Shown in pieces: positions 1-8,550 of a stretch of DNA of 54,480 nucleotides. The notes under the pieces are model-generated. The model had not been told where the DNA came from. It searched no databases and saw only the letters and a list, made by a program, of their open reading frames with translations. The DNA lies in IMG/VR virus record IMGVR_UViG_3300042923_000175, positions 1 to 54,480 of that record. One strand, written 5' to 3'. Source of the DNA: a virus (lineage: Duplodnaviria > Caudoviricetes). Both the position numbers and the translations under genes were made by a program. The stretch's first letter is position 1. Each line of letters starts with the position of its first letter.

Positions 1-124
1 TAGAGATGTCTTTTGAACGCGCCTAGGGGTGTACAATATTGCAAGTTTGAAAGGGGTTAAACGCTATTGACTAGGCGCGTTCAAAAGACATCTCTAAGTT
101 TTTACCCCCGGGGAATTTTTAGGG
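1..124. repeat. Terminal direct overlap, identical to 54357-54480 (circular/concatemeric assembly; unit genome ~54,356 bp)
   Basis: Base-by-base identity of the first and last 124 nt. Confidence 0.95.
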
Positions 125-133
125 AGGCACGCG
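125..133 (-). other. Candidate cos site (3' overhang CGCGTGCCT)
   Basis: GC-rich island between the last gene and TerS/HNH. The contig ends exactly adjacent to this 9-mer. Resembles the 9-nt overhang recalled for related RNAP-encoding actinophages (unverified). Confidence 0.5.
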
Positions 134-187
134 ATCAAAGAGGGGGTGTGATTTTCAGGACCCCTCCCCCCGGTATGATTATTTTTT

Positions 188-424
188 TTAATTTGCATAA
201 ACTTTTTTATAAATATTTTGGAAATCATACTTGATTATCTCATCTATTGCTCTTTCAGTTTCAGATTCGTTTTCTTCATCACTTAATTGTTCAGAAGTTT
301 TTGCAATTCTTCCCAACAATCCACAAGTGTTGTAACCTTTAGTGACATCGTACACGAACCATTGGTTGAACTCATCTTGAGGATCATATGGATTATCTAT
401 GGTGGTCAATAGTGCTTTAGCCAT
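188..424 (-). CDS. Small acidic protein translationally coupled to the RNAP gene
   Basis: 78 aa ORF, start overlaps RNAP stop (TAATG), GGAGG SD. Confidence 0.8.
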   Translation of the reverse strand: MAKALLTTIDNPYDPQDEFNQWFVYDVTKGYNTCGLLGRIAKTSEQLSDEENESETERAIDEIIKYDFQNIYKKVYAN

Positions 425-3144
425 TAACTTAATCCTCCTTTCATATAGTTTACAACGGTCGATGTTGATACACCTAAAGCTTTAGCTATCTCAGCAGTAC
501 TATAACCTGACTTGGACATAGCGTTTATCTTGTTAACCTTAGCAGTTGATAGGGCTGTGGTTGATCTAGGTGTAGCCTTCTGTCTTAGTACATCTATGTC
601 AGCATTGTTTATTATCTGTTGCAACTTAGCTTCGCTTATAGCACCAGCTTGAATAGCTTCCCATTCCTTGTCTGTTATCTTTACCAACTCTCTTTTAGCT
701 CCGACTTGGTTTCTAGCAGCAGTCAATGCTTGTTGACTTACCTTCTTTAACTCTCCTTTAGTCATGTCTGGATACTCTTGTTTCTTGGCTTTTATTACAG
801 TGTTAGCTATTACTTGTGCTCGTCTTTCTCTTGGGGCATTCTTAAGAGAGACATTCAGTTTAGCATTTAAAGAATTGACTTCGTTTTTATAATCATTTTT
901 TGCAGTCGCCGAATACTGTATCTTTCCAGTTGACACCATTTCTTTTCTTGCTTGGTTTGCTAAAGACTTCATCTTATTAGCGTAATCAGCATATGCTTCT
1001 TCTTGTGGGGTTCCGCTTGATAATGTACGAGCATCTTTAGTCTCAAACATTTTACTAGACTTTTGTGTTCTTACTTTAGTTTTACCTGAAGCATCAGTGT
1101 ATTCTTGATAATCTTCTTTCCAAGTTTGTTCTCCAGTAGCTGGATCTATAATAGGAGAACCTTTTCGTTTGATAACTTGAGTCTCCGATTTAGCTCTAGA
1201 TAATAAAGTTGAAGCACCACCTGAATGCCACTTCCCTTGATCATCATAATGTCCTTGGTATTTATTCTTTAATGCTGCTATATTGTTATCAACTTCTGAT
1301 TGTTTATAATTAAGTATATGCTTTTCAGCATCTATAACAACCATAGAATGTTTAACAGCCTTTGCTAGTTCATCTTCAGATGCACCTTTTAAAGTCATAT
1401 CGGTTATAAGATTAGAGATCTTACCCATTTCGGTTTGAGTATTCTTCATTCTTCTAAACTCTGTGCCATCAGCAGTATAATAATGTTCAATTCCATCAAG
1501 ATCTTTCTTTGATGTTGCATATTTATATGACTTACTATCAAATCCTTCTAAGCCTTTTAATGGATTAGTAGAAGTTATCTTAACATTCTTACCTGTCGGT
1601 ATAGTTAATACGGTATCCCCATCAAAATCAGCTCCACTTAATCTTTCAGCTACTTTACTAGTTATACCAACGGCATCTTGAGCATTAGAGCCTATAGTAT
1701 TCTTACCATCTTTGTTTTTATTATTAACAGTAAGCACTGGTATTTCAAAAGTGCCTCCATGAGGAAACCTTACTAAGGCAAGTTGTTCTCCATTTTCATA
1801 ATTAGGAGCATATATCTCGTTATCTTTTAATGAATTTATAGGTAATATTACATGATACTTCTGTCTAGGTAAAGCTGCTGCTTGTAGATGAACAGCTGCC
1901 GAATCGCAATCATCAGAAAAGGTTTTTAATAAGGCTTTCTTGACCGTAGGATTGTTTAAAGATTTTATTTCATCAAATTCTGATTGCTTTTCATTCTCAG
2001 ATAAAGATAGTTGTTTCTTAATTAAAGAGAGATTCTGTTTAGCTAGGAATTGAGCTGGTAATTTATCTTTCCATTCAGTCCAGTCACCTTCTTCAGCTCT
2101 CTTGTTTATTAATGATAACTTCTTTTCACCATTTTTATCGGTGTAGTACGATTGTCCACCGGCCTTTATTAGAGAACCAAATGGATTATCCGGATCATCT
2201 TTTATTGGTTTTAAAACTTTTTCCATAGGAGTCCCTGACGGTTTATTAGTATTAAATCTAACATCTACTCCTTTTGGTAAATCGTCAGAATATACTGCCA
2301 TACCTTTAAGATAATGCTTACCGTCAACCATTACTCTTACTTGAGCATAATTTGAATTACCTAATGATAAGTCTTTAACTCCTCTTCGTAATTCGATTAC
2401 TCCATCTTTATCTACTCCACCTTTATCTCCATAATTTATTTCCAAACGTTTACTATCTAAACTAGTTGGGTAATGGAAAGTATCAAAGGTTTCTCCTCCA
2501 TCTCTAGATACATAATTACCTATAGAATTTATTTTAGAGTAATCATAGATATCTTTATGTTCAGTCCCAGGAGGACCTATAACTTTTAAATTAGTTTGTT
2601 GGCCTTTATTGGTAGCTTGAGATATGCCAGCCCCATAAGTTGGGTACCCTTGTAATTCTAAAATATAAAGAGCTTGATTAAGTTTCTCTTTTGAAATTCC
2701 TAATTCTCTTTCTACTCCAGTACCAACATCTATTAAACCTTTTTCATCTATTTGCTTTTTTAAGAAATCAGCAGTTTTAGATGCTTGGTTCATTCTTTCT
2801 TCACTATTTTCATCTAACAATGTTCTAACTGAAGAGTCATTATTAAAACCCATTTGATTAGCTATTTCAGATAACGAATATCCTTTTTCTCTTAAACCTT
2901 TAGCAGTAGCTACATCCAAAGATCTACGTTCTGCTTTAGCTAATGATTTTTGAACTCTAAGTTGAGTAGTGGTTAAACCCATAGTTTCCGCTATGTCTTT
3001 TTCACTCATACCACTTTTTGAAAGTTCTTCTACTCTACTCATAAAGTCTCCACTATGCTGATATGGATCTTTCCCAGAACCCCAGGGATATCTTCCTGAA
3101 CGTTTTGGCATACCATAATGTTCTATAAAATCGTTGTCATTCAT
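424..3144 (-). CDS. Single-chain two-barrel (YonO-like) DNA-dependent RNA polymerase with terminal HTH domains
   Basis: LSGADFDGD catalytic motif, upstream RFPH motif, HTH-like segments at N-term (GMSEKDIAETMG, GYSLSEIANQMG) and C-term (GYSTAEIAKALGVSTSTV). Confidence 0.88.
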   Translation of the reverse strand: MNDNDFIEHYGMPKRSGRYPWGSGKDPYQHSGDFMSRVEELSKSGMSEKDIAETMGLTTTQLRVQKSLAKAERRSLDVATAKGLREKGYSLSEIANQMGFNNDSSVRTLLDENSEERMNQASKTADFLKKQIDEKGLIDVGTGVERELGISKEKLNQALYILELQGYPTYGAGISQATNKGQQTNLKVIGPPGTEHKDIYDYSKINSIGNYVSRDGGETFDTFHYPTSLDSKRLEINYGDKGGVDKDGVIELRRGVKDLSLGNSNYAQVRVMVDGKHYLKGMAVYSDDLPKGVDVRFNTNKPSGTPMEKVLKPIKDDPDNPFGSLIKAGGQSYYTDKNGEKKLSLINKRAEEGDWTEWKDKLPAQFLAKQNLSLIKKQLSLSENEKQSEFDEIKSLNNPTVKKALLKTFSDDCDSAAVHLQAAALPRQKYHVILPINSLKDNEIYAPNYENGEQLALVRFPHGGTFEIPVLTVNNKNKDGKNTIGSNAQDAVGITSKVAERLSGADFDGDTVLTIPTGKNVKITSTNPLKGLEGFDSKSYKYATSKKDLDGIEHYYTADGTEFRRMKNTQTEMGKISNLITDMTLKGASEDELAKAVKHSMVVIDAEKHILNYKQSEVDNNIAALKNKYQGHYDDQGKWHSGGASTLLSRAKSETQVIKRKGSPIIDPATGEQTWKEDYQEYTDASGKTKVRTQKSSKMFETKDARTLSSGTPQEEAYADYANKMKSLANQARKEMVSTGKIQYSATAKNDYKNEVNSLNAKLNVSLKNAPRERRAQVIANTVIKAKKQEYPDMTKGELKKVSQQALTAARNQVGAKRELVKITDKEWEAIQAGAISEAKLQQIINNADIDVLRQKATPRSTTALSTAKVNKINAMSKSGYSTAEIAKALGVSTSTVVNYMKGGLS

Positions 3145-3150
3145 ATGGAG

Positions 3151-3354
3151 TTATCCCCTTTCTATTTCTATTGTGGTTTCTAACATAATTATTTCTCTTT
3201 CAAGTTTTGGAATTCCATTCTCATCATACCAATTTGGTTGATATCCGGTTTGTTTATGATACCATTCTGAATCCCTTTTATATCGCTTTAGCTTGGTTTT
3301 CATCATAAATAGTAATATATATCTTAATATTGTTATGGGCCATTTAAACATCAA
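3151..3354 (-). CDS. Hypothetical protein
   Basis: 67 aa ORF in operon, overlapping upstream stop. Confidence 0.6.
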   Translation of the reverse strand: MMFKWPITILRYILLFMMKTKLKRYKRDSEWYHKQTGYQPNWYDENGIPKLEREIIMLETTIEIERG

Positions 3355-3911
3355 ATATCATCCTCTTTCTTAATTTCATTTATGATTCTATCAAATGTTT
3401 TTATTTTATCCATAATAGGCACTATTTCATCAGCTTCTGGAGCATGTCCAACAACTTCATCATTCTGGTATATCCTAAGTTCTATATCTATCTCAGACGG
3501 CTTAAGTTTATATTCTAAACAAAATAGAGCAGCATATATTAACAGCTGATCAATCTTAGCTGGTATAATGCCGGTCTTTAAATCATGTATCCTTAGTAAT
3601 CCATTTCTAAAACTTATAGCATCGGCAGTACCAAAACAATTATCTGAATAATATAAAACTTTCTCAGGTTTCATTTTAAACCCTATAGCATCGTTAACAT
3701 ATTTGTTTATTGTTTTTTCACTCTTAGGTAATTTTTGTCTTAATTTTATACAAGTAGCAGCGAACTCATGAAGTTCAGTACCTTTTTGAGCGGCTATTGC
3801 TCTATTATAAGCTTCTTTAAGTTTATCTTCGGTATAGTTCAACCAACTATATTTTGATGCTCCTAAATATGCATGCTTATCTTTTAAGTTTGAATGCTCG
3901 TTGAAGTTCAT
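3351..3911 (-). CDS. PD-(D/E)XK exonuclease (Cas4/DUF2800-like)
   Basis: HAYLGAS, GTELH, GTADAI, IHDLKTG, QLLIYA motifs. Confidence 0.8.
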   Translation of the reverse strand: MNFNEHSNLKDKHAYLGASKYSWLNYTEDKLKEAYNRAIAAQKGTELHEFAATCIKLRQKLPKSEKTINKYVNDAIGFKMKPEKVLYYSDNCFGTADAISFRNGLLRIHDLKTGIIPAKIDQLLIYAALFCLEYKLKPSEIDIELRIYQNDEVVGHAPEADEIVPIMDKIKTFDRIINEIKKEDDI

Positions 3912-4185
3912 CTAAAACTACCTCCTCATTTTCTGGATATATAAAACTAGCAAATGACATTTTATTTAATAGTTTTACATAATATTCTTGGTTAGGTCTT
4001 TTAGAAGCTTCTGCGAATTTCTTGCATTCTAAACAAGCCCAATGTTTTTTGTACAAAATTAAAATATCAGGAAATCCCTGAATTTGATTAGCATCATTTT
4101 TAAATACTACAGCGCCTTTAAATAACACTTTAAGTTTCTTTACTAAATCGCTTTGAAATTTACTTTCTGCTTTCATCATTAACAC
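3877..4185 (-). CDS. VRR-NUC / Holliday-junction resolvase-like nuclease
   Basis: ESKFQ...GFPDIL...LECK...RPNQ motif set. Confidence 0.8.
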   Translation of the reverse strand: MLMMKAESKFQSDLVKKLKVLFKGAVVFKNDANQIQGFPDILILYKKHWACLECKKFAEASKRPNQEYYVKLLNKMSFASFIYPENEEVVLDELQRAFKLKR

Positions 4186-4192
4186 CCTCTCT

Positions 4193-4246
4193 TAAAAATA
4201 TAAATAGCTTGTACACCAAAAGCTAAAGGAAATGTACTTTCTCCTC
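4193..4246 (-). ncRNA. Candidate small RNA D (two hairpins, possible kissing loop) or attenuator
   Basis: ORF-less interval between promoter motif and U-tract. Hairpins GAAA-GTACA-TTTC and TAGCTT-TTGGTGTAC-AAGCTA. Confidence 0.35.
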
Positions 4247-4270
4247 ATAAAAGGGCATGTATTTTTCGCG
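4244..4270 (-). promoter_or_regulatory. Phage promoter motif copy 1
   Basis: CGC-N6-TACA-N5-TTTTATGAG. Confidence 0.7.
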
Positions 4271-4278
4271 GGGCAAAA

Positions 4279-4310
4279 TAAAAGAAAGAGACCTTGTATG
4301 TCTCAATCTT
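4279..4310 (-). terminator. Cassette terminator
   Basis: GAGAC-ATACAAG-GTCTC-TTTCTTTT. Confidence 0.7.
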
Positions 4311-4453
4311 TATAATATCAAGTTCATTAATCCGCATATTAAACAAATGAAAATTATAAACACCATCATTAGTATAAAATATAAAATAGTTTTGATAACT
4401 TGACTTATATCTTTATACCCAGCATATAACATTATTAATTCTATTAGTTTCAT
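4310..4453 (-). CDS. 47 aa membrane protein (not in ORF track)
   Basis: GAGGTG SD; MKLIELIMLYAGYKDISQVIKTILYFILMMVFIIFICLICGLMNLIL. Confidence 0.6.
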   Translation of the reverse strand: MKLIELIMLYAGYKDISQVIKTILYFILMMVFIIFICLICGLMNLIL

Positions 4454-4478
4454 ATTATAATCACCTCTTTGTATTTGT

Positions 4479-4510
4479 AAAAGAAAGAGTCTTTGTGTGA
4501 CTCAATCTTT
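4479..4510 (-). terminator. Cassette terminator
   Basis: GAGTC-ACACAAA-GACTC-TTTCTTTT. Confidence 0.7.
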
Positions 4511-4516
4511 ATAATT

Positions 4517-4960
4517 TTATTCTGTTGGTTTAAATCTTCCAAATAAATTTCTAAATGTATTCGAAGTATACGTTCCAGTTTCTTCAAATTGAAATCCTTT
4601 CTTCATCCATGCGTTATAGAATATAATTGGTACTGCAACTTTAGCTACTTCACATCCAACTTTAATCCATCTATCATACTTGAGTTCAACATCAACATTA
4701 CTTTTTATATTTAGCTCTTCCTTTTTTAACTCGACTTCACTGTTATTTTTAATTTCAGCACAGTCAATTTTTCGGGTCTCTAAATGTAAATCATTTTTGA
4801 TTGTCTCATCCTTTTGTAATAGATTAACTAATGTATCGATACGACTAACCCCATTTTTAGCACGATCATTATATCCATCTTCATCAGATTTTAATTGTTT
4901 CAAATTCTCTAATTCCTGTAAAACGTATTCCTCAATTTTACTCTTAATATCTTTATTCAT
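4517..4960 (-). CDS. Hypothetical coiled-coil protein (start refined to 4960)
   Basis: GAAAGGGG SD before ATG 4960; the track start at 4993 is the ATG inside the promoter motif. Confidence 0.75.
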   Translation of the reverse strand: MNKDIKSKIEEYVLQELENLKQLKSDEDGYNDRAKNGVSRIDTLVNLLQKDETIKNDLHLETRKIDCAEIKNNSEVELKKEELNIKSNVDVELKYDRWIKVGCEVAKVAVPIIFYNAWMKKGFQFEETGTYTSNTFRNLFGRFKPTE

Positions 4961-4988
4961 TTTAATTTCCCCTTTCAAAATAAGTTTT

Positions 4989-5015
4989 CTCATAATAGTC
5001 CATGTATTTCTTGTG
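4989..5015 (-). promoter_or_regulatory. Phage promoter motif copy 2 (CAC variant)
   Basis: CAC-N6-TACA-N5-TATTATGAG. Confidence 0.65.
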
Positions 5016-5028
5016 AATTTTAGGGGTT

Positions 5029-5300
5029 GGCCACATGCCCACTTTTATTTGCTAAACTCTTTATATATATTATTTTTTTTATCATAATAAATAAGAGAAA
5101 AAAGTGGGAAAGTGGGCAAAAATACCTACAAATGGCTCAACCATGCGGGTTTGCGGGTTTTACAAAAGTGGGCAAAAAGTGGGCAAAAAGTGGGCAAAGT
5201 GGGCAGAAAATGACCAAAAATCCATATGAAAATTTTCCAAAATCTTATTTTTTTCACAAAAAAGTGGGCATGGACACATTTCGCAAAAATAAAAGTGGGC
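5029..5300. repeat. Iteron-like AAAGTGGG(C) repeat cluster; putative replication origin
   Basis: 8 direct copies (4 tandem at 5164-5204) plus 1 inverted copy at ~5037-5046, around an AT-rich patch, in a non-coding gap. Confidence 0.65.
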
Positions 5301-5330
5301 AAAAAGAAGAGACAAAGTCTCCTCAATCCT
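5301..5330 (-). terminator. Cassette terminator
   Basis: GAGAC-TTT-GTCTC-TTCTTTTT. Confidence 0.6.
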
Positions 5331-6009
5331 AATAAAATTTGTTATTTGTTGGTCTAATGTCAAAGTCTATAACTAATACCGGCTTTGATCTTTCAGTAAG
5401 TTTACTACTGAGCGACAATCTTATAGGCCCATCTTCAAAGAACCATTTCATATCTTCACATATTTCTACGGTTTCTAATCCTAAGAATTCGTAAAATTCA
5501 CTCAATTCGGCATTGTCACCACCGTATATCATATGATTTATATTATCAATAGCGTCTCTTATCTCATCTAAATTACTCTTAAAATATCGTCCAGACAAGG
5601 CATCGTAACAATCTATTTCTCCGTCACCAAATATAATTACGTTCTGTTTAACGTTTTCTTTATTTTGTTCAGTTGTATCACCAAACAATTTAGTCTTATA
5701 TTTACTTAGCTTATCTTCTGATAATTTCAACGCTCCAGCTAACGCTAAGTTACGCTTCATGTTCAAAGTATTAGCTCCAATTATACATGCTACACTACCA
5801 GCCCCAAATATAAATACTGGATAATAATGTTTCAATATAGCCTTATATTTATCTTCCTTAGTTTTATATTTCTCCTTATCAAAATCATGAGTAGCCTTTA
5901 TAGCTAATCCGACAGTTGATATCAAACCAATTACTCCAAGTCCTGTTAGGATTGAAGGTCCATTTTCTCTTATTTGTTCTTCTAATTTGTTTATGATTTC
6001 TATTTTCAT
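5329..6009 (-). CDS. Membrane-anchored paralog family member 1 (DUF6353-like)
   Basis: Two Gly-rich TM segments, YDALSGRYFKS, LSEFYEFLGL; start refined to 6009 by GGAGTG SD. Confidence 0.75.
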   Translation of the reverse strand: MKIEIINKLEEQIRENGPSILTGLGVIGLISTVGLAIKATHDFDKEKYKTKEDKYKAILKHYYPVFIFGAGSVACIIGANTLNMKRNLALAGALKLSEDKLSKYKTKLFGDTTEQNKENVKQNVIIFGDGEIDCYDALSGRYFKSNLDEIRDAIDNINHMIYGGDNAELSEFYEFLGLETVEICEDMKWFFEDGPIRLSLSSKLTERSKPVLVIDFDIRPTNNKFY

Positions 6010-6022
6010 AATTATCACACTC

Positions 6023-6049
6023 CTCATAATATACCATGTATAACTAGCG
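6023..6049 (-). promoter_or_regulatory. Phage promoter motif copy 3
   Basis: CGC-N6-TACA-N5-TATTATGAG. Confidence 0.7.
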
Positions 6050-6055
6050 ATTTAC

Positions 6056-6088
6056 AAAAAGAAAGAGCCTTTGTAAGACTCAATCTTT
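6056..6088 (-). terminator. Cassette terminator
   Basis: GAGTC-TTACAAA-GGCTC-TTTCTTTTT; 25 bp identical to 7444-7468 and 27202-27226. Confidence 0.75.
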
Positions 6089-6094
6089 TTAATT

Positions 6095-6208
6095 TTACGC
6101 TCTTCTCAAATACCTAAGTAATATCCACAACAACCATAATCCTCCGGTGACACTGATTAGAAATAAATCTACAAGAAATTTAACTATTCCATATCCACCA
6201 TTTTTCAT
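6095..6208 (-). CDS. 37 aa membrane peptide (not in ORF track)
   Basis: GAGGAG SD; MKNGGYGIVKFLVDLFLISVTGGLWLLWILLRYLRRA; paralog at 7481-7600. Confidence 0.75.
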   Translation of the reverse strand: MKNGGYGIVKFLVDLFLISVTGGLWLLWILLRYLRRA

Positions 6209-6236
6209 ATTACATTATCTCCTCATACCATTAATA

Positions 6237-6263
6237 TTCATAATAGCATTTGTAATTTTAGCG
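6237..6263 (-). promoter_or_regulatory. Phage promoter motif copy 4
   Basis: CGC-N6-TACA-N5-TATTATGAA. Confidence 0.65.
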
Positions 6264-6439
6264 TATCCTAGGTATATTGTCCTTGATCAGCCTAACAATA
6301 TCTATATCTTCAGGTCCAGCTATTTCATCCAGCATTCTTCTTATATCGTATATTATATTTTTTTCAGCGGGTGTTAAGTTACCAGTTTTTTCAAATTTAG
6401 TTGTTTCTAACTCTACCAATATATGATTCAATTGCCCAT
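6258..6439 (-). pseudogene. Probable ~60 aa gene with 1-bp frameshift after start codon (or TTG start)
   Basis: AAAGGAG SD + ATG GGC AAT TGA; one extra G would join the ATG to an open frame ending at 6258. Confidence 0.35.
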
Positions 6440-6465
6440 TTTAATTAACTCCTTTATTAAAATTG

Positions 6466-7425
6466 TTACAATTCGAAAACTTCCCTTAATTCATCAAATT
6501 TTTTACATCCTACTTCATAAAGATCATTACATTTTTTTAAATCGTTATTAAGATAAGCTATTTGTCTATTAATCTCTTTTACTTTATCTAAATATACATT
6601 TGTTAACGCATCATTCTCGGCATTGATTATCGACACATCACTATAACATTTATCACCGATCTTAACTCCATCTAAATCTTTTATATATTTTCCATATTCC
6701 CCTTTAATCTCTTTATATTCACTAATAACTTTCAATTTAGACTTTTTGTTTTGTGTTTTTTCAGGAATAGTTTTTACAGTTAATCCGCTATCTGAGTTAC
6801 CAATTTCGGAATCATTTATAGTCATGACATTTGGTTCTTTATATTCAATTACTATTTTTCCAGGCATATCATCACCTATCATAATATCCTCCTCAATTAT
6901 TTCTTTTGACTTTATATTTTTATTATTTATTTTTTCCAAACTTTTAACCGCTCTTTGATCATTATTAATTTCTGCTCTACATATTATCCATAAATCTGAT
7001 ATCTCAGCATTAGGTAAATCAAATTCTTTTTTTATAATGCTTATTCCTTTAGCTTTATCTTTTTTTTCACTTATAAATTTCTTAATTCTATTTTTTACCT
7101 TTTCTCTCAATTCCGCATTTTCAATCATATCAAAACCCTCCTCATATCCTTTTTTGTCTAAATATATTTTATAATCAAGTATATACTCGTTGCTTTCTTT
7201 AACAATTTTATTTAAGTCGTTATAATTCATGTATATATTATCATCAATAGCGCTTTTAAAGCATCTATCCATGATCTCAGTAAGTATATTGTCGTTCATC
7301 GAACTTTCCTTTTCTATTAAACTTCCGATAAATATCTTTTTATCTAATGGTAAATTTTCAAACCATTTCTGATTTTTAGTATTATTTCTGTCTAATCTTC
7401 TTTTTTCCGCCCTATCCATCCTCAT
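6466..7425 (-). CDS. Hypothetical protein
   Basis: 319 aa ORF with AAGGGGG SD. Confidence 0.8.
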   Translation of the reverse strand: MRMDRAEKRRLDRNNTKNQKWFENLPLDKKIFIGSLIEKESSMNDNILTEIMDRCFKSAIDDNIYMNYNDLNKIVKESNEYILDYKIYLDKKGYEEGFDMIENAELREKVKNRIKKFISEKKDKAKGISIIKKEFDLPNAEISDLWIICRAEINNDQRAVKSLEKINNKNIKSKEIIEEDIMIGDDMPGKIVIEYKEPNVMTINDSEIGNSDSGLTVKTIPEKTQNKKSKLKVISEYKEIKGEYGKYIKDLDGVKIGDKCYSDVSIINAENDALTNVYLDKVKEINRQIAYLNNDLKKCNDLYEVGCKKFDELREVFEL

Positions 7426-7438
7426 ACCCCCTTAAAAT

Positions 7439-7470
7439 AAAACGAAAGAGCCTTTGTAAGACTCAATCAT
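7439..7470 (-). terminator. Cassette terminator
   Basis: GAGTC-TTACAAA-GGCTC-TTTCGTTTT. Confidence 0.7.
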
Positions 7471-7480
7471 TATTTACACA

Positions 7481-7600
7481 CTAACAACTCCTATTTCTTA
7501 AATATCTTAAAACCACCCATAGCAACCATAATCCGCCAGTGATGTTTATCATAAATAAATCGAATAAGAAATTTAATATCCCATATCTTTTTCTACACAT
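7481..7600 (-). CDS. 39 aa membrane peptide (not in ORF track)
   Basis: GGAGGT SD; MCRKRYGILNFLFDLFMINITGGLWLLWVVLRYLRNRSC; paralog of 6095-6208. Confidence 0.75.
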   Translation of the reverse strand: MCRKRYGILNFLFDLFMINITGGLWLLWVVLRYLRNRSC

Positions 7601-7605
7601 TTATA

Positions 7606-7812
7606 TTACCTCCCAGCTTTCTCCATAATATGTTTAAGACCCATATAAACCCCAAATGGAACATTATCAATATATGATTCAACCTTCTTAGGTCTAATTG
7701 GAATACCCAAACCCTTTGCTGCCATTTCTATTCTTGGACAACTTTCGAAATCATTAATAAAACATAATCTTACTCTAGGACAATTAACACAAGCCTCAGC
7801 CATTTTATTCAT
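7606..7812 (-). CDS. Hypothetical Cys-rich protein
   Basis: 68 aa, CxxC...C...C. Confidence 0.7.
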   Translation of the reverse strand: MNKMAEACVNCPRVRLCFINDFESCPRIEMAAKGLGIPIRPKKVESYIDNVPFGVYMGLKHIMEKAGR

Positions 7813-7826
7813 ATTTATACCCCTCT

Positions 7827-8330
7827 CTATTTACAATTTGTGTCAGTAAATATAACACTCTTAGGACTACATTCAGCTATACTACCATCTTCATATTCCA
7901 CTAAAGCGGTAACATACATTAATACTCCACCTGGTCGTCCACCAACCATAGGCGAAGGAGTTAAGATATCTGATCTAGAACACCATTGATGAAAATATGC
8001 TTTCCTAGTTATCTTTTCACCTTTTACTTCATAATTAACATTGCAAGGTCTTAATCCTAGTTTATCAGCCTTAATTGATGCTGCTATTTCTTTTTTATTA
8101 AAATTATATATGTCGTCAAGAACTGCAAATCTTGCCTGGTCTATAGGTATTTTACTATTGAATGGAATATCATTTAATACACAATATAATTCTATCCAAT
8201 CTAAACCTCCTCTATCCATTATAGTATCTACTGTTTGTCCATGATTACTCATTACTTGTTCTTCATGTTGTTTCACTAAATCATATGGAACTGATTGACC
8301 ATCACTATGCATTATTTTTATTAGTTTCAC
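7827..8330 (-). CDS. Hypothetical protein
   Basis: 167 aa ORF, AGGAGG SD, GTG start. Confidence 0.75.
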   Translation of the reverse strand: MKLIKIMHSDGQSVPYDLVKQHEEQVMSNHGQTVDTIMDRGGLDWIELYCVLNDIPFNSKIPIDQARFAVLDDIYNFNKKEIAASIKADKLGLRPCNVNYEVKGEKITRKAYFHQWCSRSDILTPSPMVGGRPGGVLMYVTALVEYEDGSIAECSPKSVIFTDTNCK

Positions 8331-8331
8331 T

Positions 8332-8550
8332 TTAATATATCCTCCTTTTTCTACCTGAATCAGAATTTATTAATGATATAGGACCTTCTAAAATATATCC
8401 ATTCTCTTTTAGAATTTCCTTTATTTCTTTAGACATTTTATTATATTTACAATCTTCTTTTATACGTTTCTTATGATCGTATTCTTTTTTAATAACTTTA
8501 TCAACCGTAGGATCAACTAATCCGCTACCATTGTGTTCTACATAACTCAT
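8332..8550 (-). CDS. Hypothetical protein (start refined to MSYVEH)
   Basis: GGGGGAGAGG SD before ATG 8550. Confidence 0.65.
   Translation of the reverse strand: MSYVEHNGSGLVDPTVDKVIKKEYDHKKRIKEDCKYNKMSKEIKEILKENGYILEGPISLINSDSGRKRRIY

Noticed and set aside
1-124. 124-bp terminal repeat as a biological direct terminal repeat
   Set aside because: It starts inside an inverted-repeat arm and has the length of an assembly overlap; HNH plus the cos-like site favour cohesive ends
3351-3911. Cas4 as evidence of a CRISPR system
   Set aside because: Solo PD-(D/E)XK exonucleases are common in phage recombination modules; no array or other cas genes
5027-5363. Three overlapping ORFs across the AAAGTGGGC cluster
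   Set aside because: Low-complexity translations of the repeats, without SD
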